Below are positions 62,607 through 64,000 of a stretch of 64,000 bases of DNA, in pieces. Below the pieces are notes generated by a model. It did not search any database. It saw only the letters and a list, made by a program, of their open reading frames with translations, and was not told the origin of the DNA. The position numbers and the translations under genes are program-made. This stretch comes from an uncultured bacterium (GTDB taxonomy: Bacteria > Patescibacteriota > Minisyncoccia > Phycocordibacterales > GWA1-40-21). Numbering within the stretch: the stretch's first letter is position 1; each line of letters starts with the position of its first letter. The DNA lies in the NCBI GenBank assembly GCA_963716205.1, contig OY970290.1:175417-239416 (forward strand), written 5' to 3'.

Positions 62607-63814
62607 TGAACAGTCAAGATTTCAAAAAAATCAATCTGCCGGATGAGCCGGGAGTTTATCTCTTCAAAAAAGGGAAGGAGATTTTGTATATCGGCAAAGC
62701 GACGTCGCTCCGTGAACGGGTAAAAAGTTATTTTGCTGCCGACTTGATCGCCACACGCGGACCGTTGCTTGTCGATATGGTTTTCCAGGCGGACAAAATC
62801 AATTTCATCCAGACCGACTCTGTTATCGAAGCGCTTATTTTGGAAAGTAATCTGATCAAAAAGCATCAGCCGCGATACAACACAAAAGAAAAAGATGATC
62901 GCAGCTACAATTATGTCGTGATCACCAAAGAAGATTTCCCCAGAGTTTTGATAGAACGGGGGAAGAATTTGAAGATGAACACCCTGAAACTGAAAGCGAC
63001 ATACGGACCGTTCACGAATGGTACCCAGCTCAAAGACGCGATGAAAATCATCCGCAAGATTTTCCCTTTTCTTGATAATTATTCCGAAAAGAAAACCGGC
63101 TATAGATTTTACCGGGAGATCGGACTCGCACCGGAAGTTGGAAGCAGTGAAGCGAAAAAAGAGTATGCACAGACGATCAAAAACCTCATGTTATTTTTTG
63201 CAGGCAAGAAAACGAGTATTATTAAAAAATTGGAAAAAGAAATGAAAATATATGCCACAAAACAGGAATTCGAAAAAGCTGATGCGGTGAAAAAAACAAT
63301 ATTTGTGCTCAATCATATTCAGGACGTCGCGCTTATCAAATCTGATTTTTCCGGAGAAAAATTACAGGATACTTTCCGGATCGAAGCGTATGATGTGGCA
63401 CATACGAGCGGGACAAATACTGTCGGCGTGATGACGGTTATAGAAAACGGAAAGATAAATAAAAATGAATACAGAAAATTTAAAATAAATAACAGCATTC
63501 AAAATGACGTTGCTGGACTTTCTGAAATGCTTGAACGACGGCTCAAACACAACGAATGGCAATTCCCAAATATGATTGTTGTCGATGGATCAATTGCTCA
63601 GAAAAATATTGCGGAAAAAATTGTGAAAAATTTTAGAGCAAAAATTGCAGTTATTGCCGTAACGAAAGACGAACGACATCGACCAAAAAGCATTCAGGGC
63701 AGGGAAGATATTATCGAAAAATATAAAAAAGACATTTTGCTTGCCAATAGCGAAGCACATCGCTTTGTCGTCAAATATCACAGGGAAAAGAGAAACAAAA
63801 GTTCTCTTTTGTAA
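62606..63814 (+). CDS. uvrC: excinuclease ABC subunit C, short form (GIY-YIG + UvrB-binding + RNase H-like endonuclease domain; no C-terminal HhH)
   Basis: 402 aa; GIY-YIG PDEPGVYLFKKGKEILYIGKATSLRERV...N, UvrBC domain, endonuclease region RIEAYDVAHTSGTNTVGVMTVIENGK...YRKFKI, MIVVDGSIAQ. Confidence 0.85.
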   Translation: MNSQDFKKINLPDEPGVYLFKKGKEILYIGKATSLRERVKSYFAADLIATRGPLLVDMVFQADKINFIQTDSVIEALILESNLIKKHQPRYNTKEKDDRSYNYVVITKEDFPRVLIERGKNLKMNTLKLKATYGPFTNGTQLKDAMKIIRKIFPFLDNYSEKKTGYRFYREIGLAPEVGSSEAKKEYAQTIKNLMLFFAGKKTSIIKKLEKEMKIYATKQEFEKADAVKKTIFVLNHIQDVALIKSDFSGEKLQDTFRIEAYDVAHTSGTNTVGVMTVIENGKINKNEYRKFKINNSIQNDVAGLSEMLERRLKHNEWQFPNMIVVDGSIAQKNIAEKIVKNFRAKIAVIAVTKDERHRPKSIQGREDIIEKYKKDILLANSEAHRFVVKYHREKRNKSSLL

Positions 63815-63820
63815 TGTTTC

Positions 63821-63849
63821 TTGACAAGTTTAATATTATTTGCTATAAT
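63821..63849 (+). promoter_or_regulatory. sigma70-like promoter (TTGACA-17-TATAAT)
   Basis: TTGACA 63821-63826, TATAAT 63844-63849, upstream of the partial ORF at 63912. Confidence 0.45.
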
Positions 63850-63911
63850 TAAATCAGATGAATGAAAAATTTTGATCAATTTCATTCGAATTTGAAATGA
63901 GGAGGAAACAA

Positions 63912-64000
63912 ATGAAAATGTTAAAGATTTTATGCCTTTTTTTCTTGGGTGTTACGGTATTTTCCACAGTAGAATTTTCTCTCGGATTTTATCCACTCAT
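63912..64000 (+). CDS. 5' end of a secreted/membrane protein gene (partial, runs off window)
   Basis: GGAGGAAACAA SD then ATG; MKMLKILCLFFLGVTVFSTVEFSLGFYPL signal-peptide-like start. Confidence 0.3.
   Translation, partial: MKMLKILCLFFLGVTVFSTVEFSLGFYPL

Overview
This 64 kb window is a compact, low-GC bacterial chromosome region with very short intergenic spacers. It is dominated by housekeeping genes on both strands; the genome resembles a reduced Patescibacteria/CPR-like or Gram-positive-type organism (sortase, Bacillus-type PheS zinc knuckle, many tiny hypothetical genes). Assignments rest on motifs read by eye from the translated ORF track; no searches or computations were run.

Recognisable core genes:
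- Translation and ribosome: obg (3' part), gatB, rplY, rpmE, prfA, rpsB, tsf, tRNA-Thr(UGU), pheS, pheT, thrS, rpmF, rpsP, a KH-domain protein, trmD, ABC-F ATPase, DEAD-box helicase, tgt.
- Carbon metabolism: rpiB, rpe-like, class II fba.
- Replication and repair: gyrB, dnaE, a short SMC-like ATPase, Pif1/RecD helicase, DnaQ-like exonuclease, and a contiguous uvrB - uvrA - uvrC nucleotide-excision-repair (NER) locus.
- RNA processing: a nusB-NUDIX fusion followed by rnc, rnr, and a frameshifted rnhB.
- Envelope and other: a QxxRW family-2 glycosyltransferase, sortase, CARDB-like and CAP-domain secreted proteins, P-type ATPase, DedA, FKBP, LOG family protein, rsuA/rluB.

No CRISPR array, rRNA gene or transposase was seen.

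Most notable observations:
1. The uvrBAC locus carries AT-rich, foreign-looking inserts. A small LinA/ANT(2'')-like nucleotidyltransferase gene is bounded by a perfect 22-bp direct repeat, and a TIR-domain protein gene abuts it with 1-nt spacers directly downstream of uvrB. A small promoter- and terminator-delimited mini-operon follows it upstream of uvrA. A second AT-rich two-gene cassette sits between uvrA and uvrC.
2. PheT carries an in-frame NlpC/P60 (papain-like thiol hydrolase) domain inserted into its B5 domain, and the next gene encodes a signal-less C39-like cysteine peptidase.
3. A second AT-rich island encodes a cytidine-deaminase-fold two-domain protein, convergent with a self-contained small zinc-ribbon gene.
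4. NusB is fused to a NUDIX-like domain and lies near two further NUDIX-like paralogs.
5. A 21-bp perfect RNA stem lies between rpmE and prfA, and a roughly 130-bp inverted-repeat element encloses the fkbp terminator.
6. An identical GC-rich terminator stem recurs at three loci.
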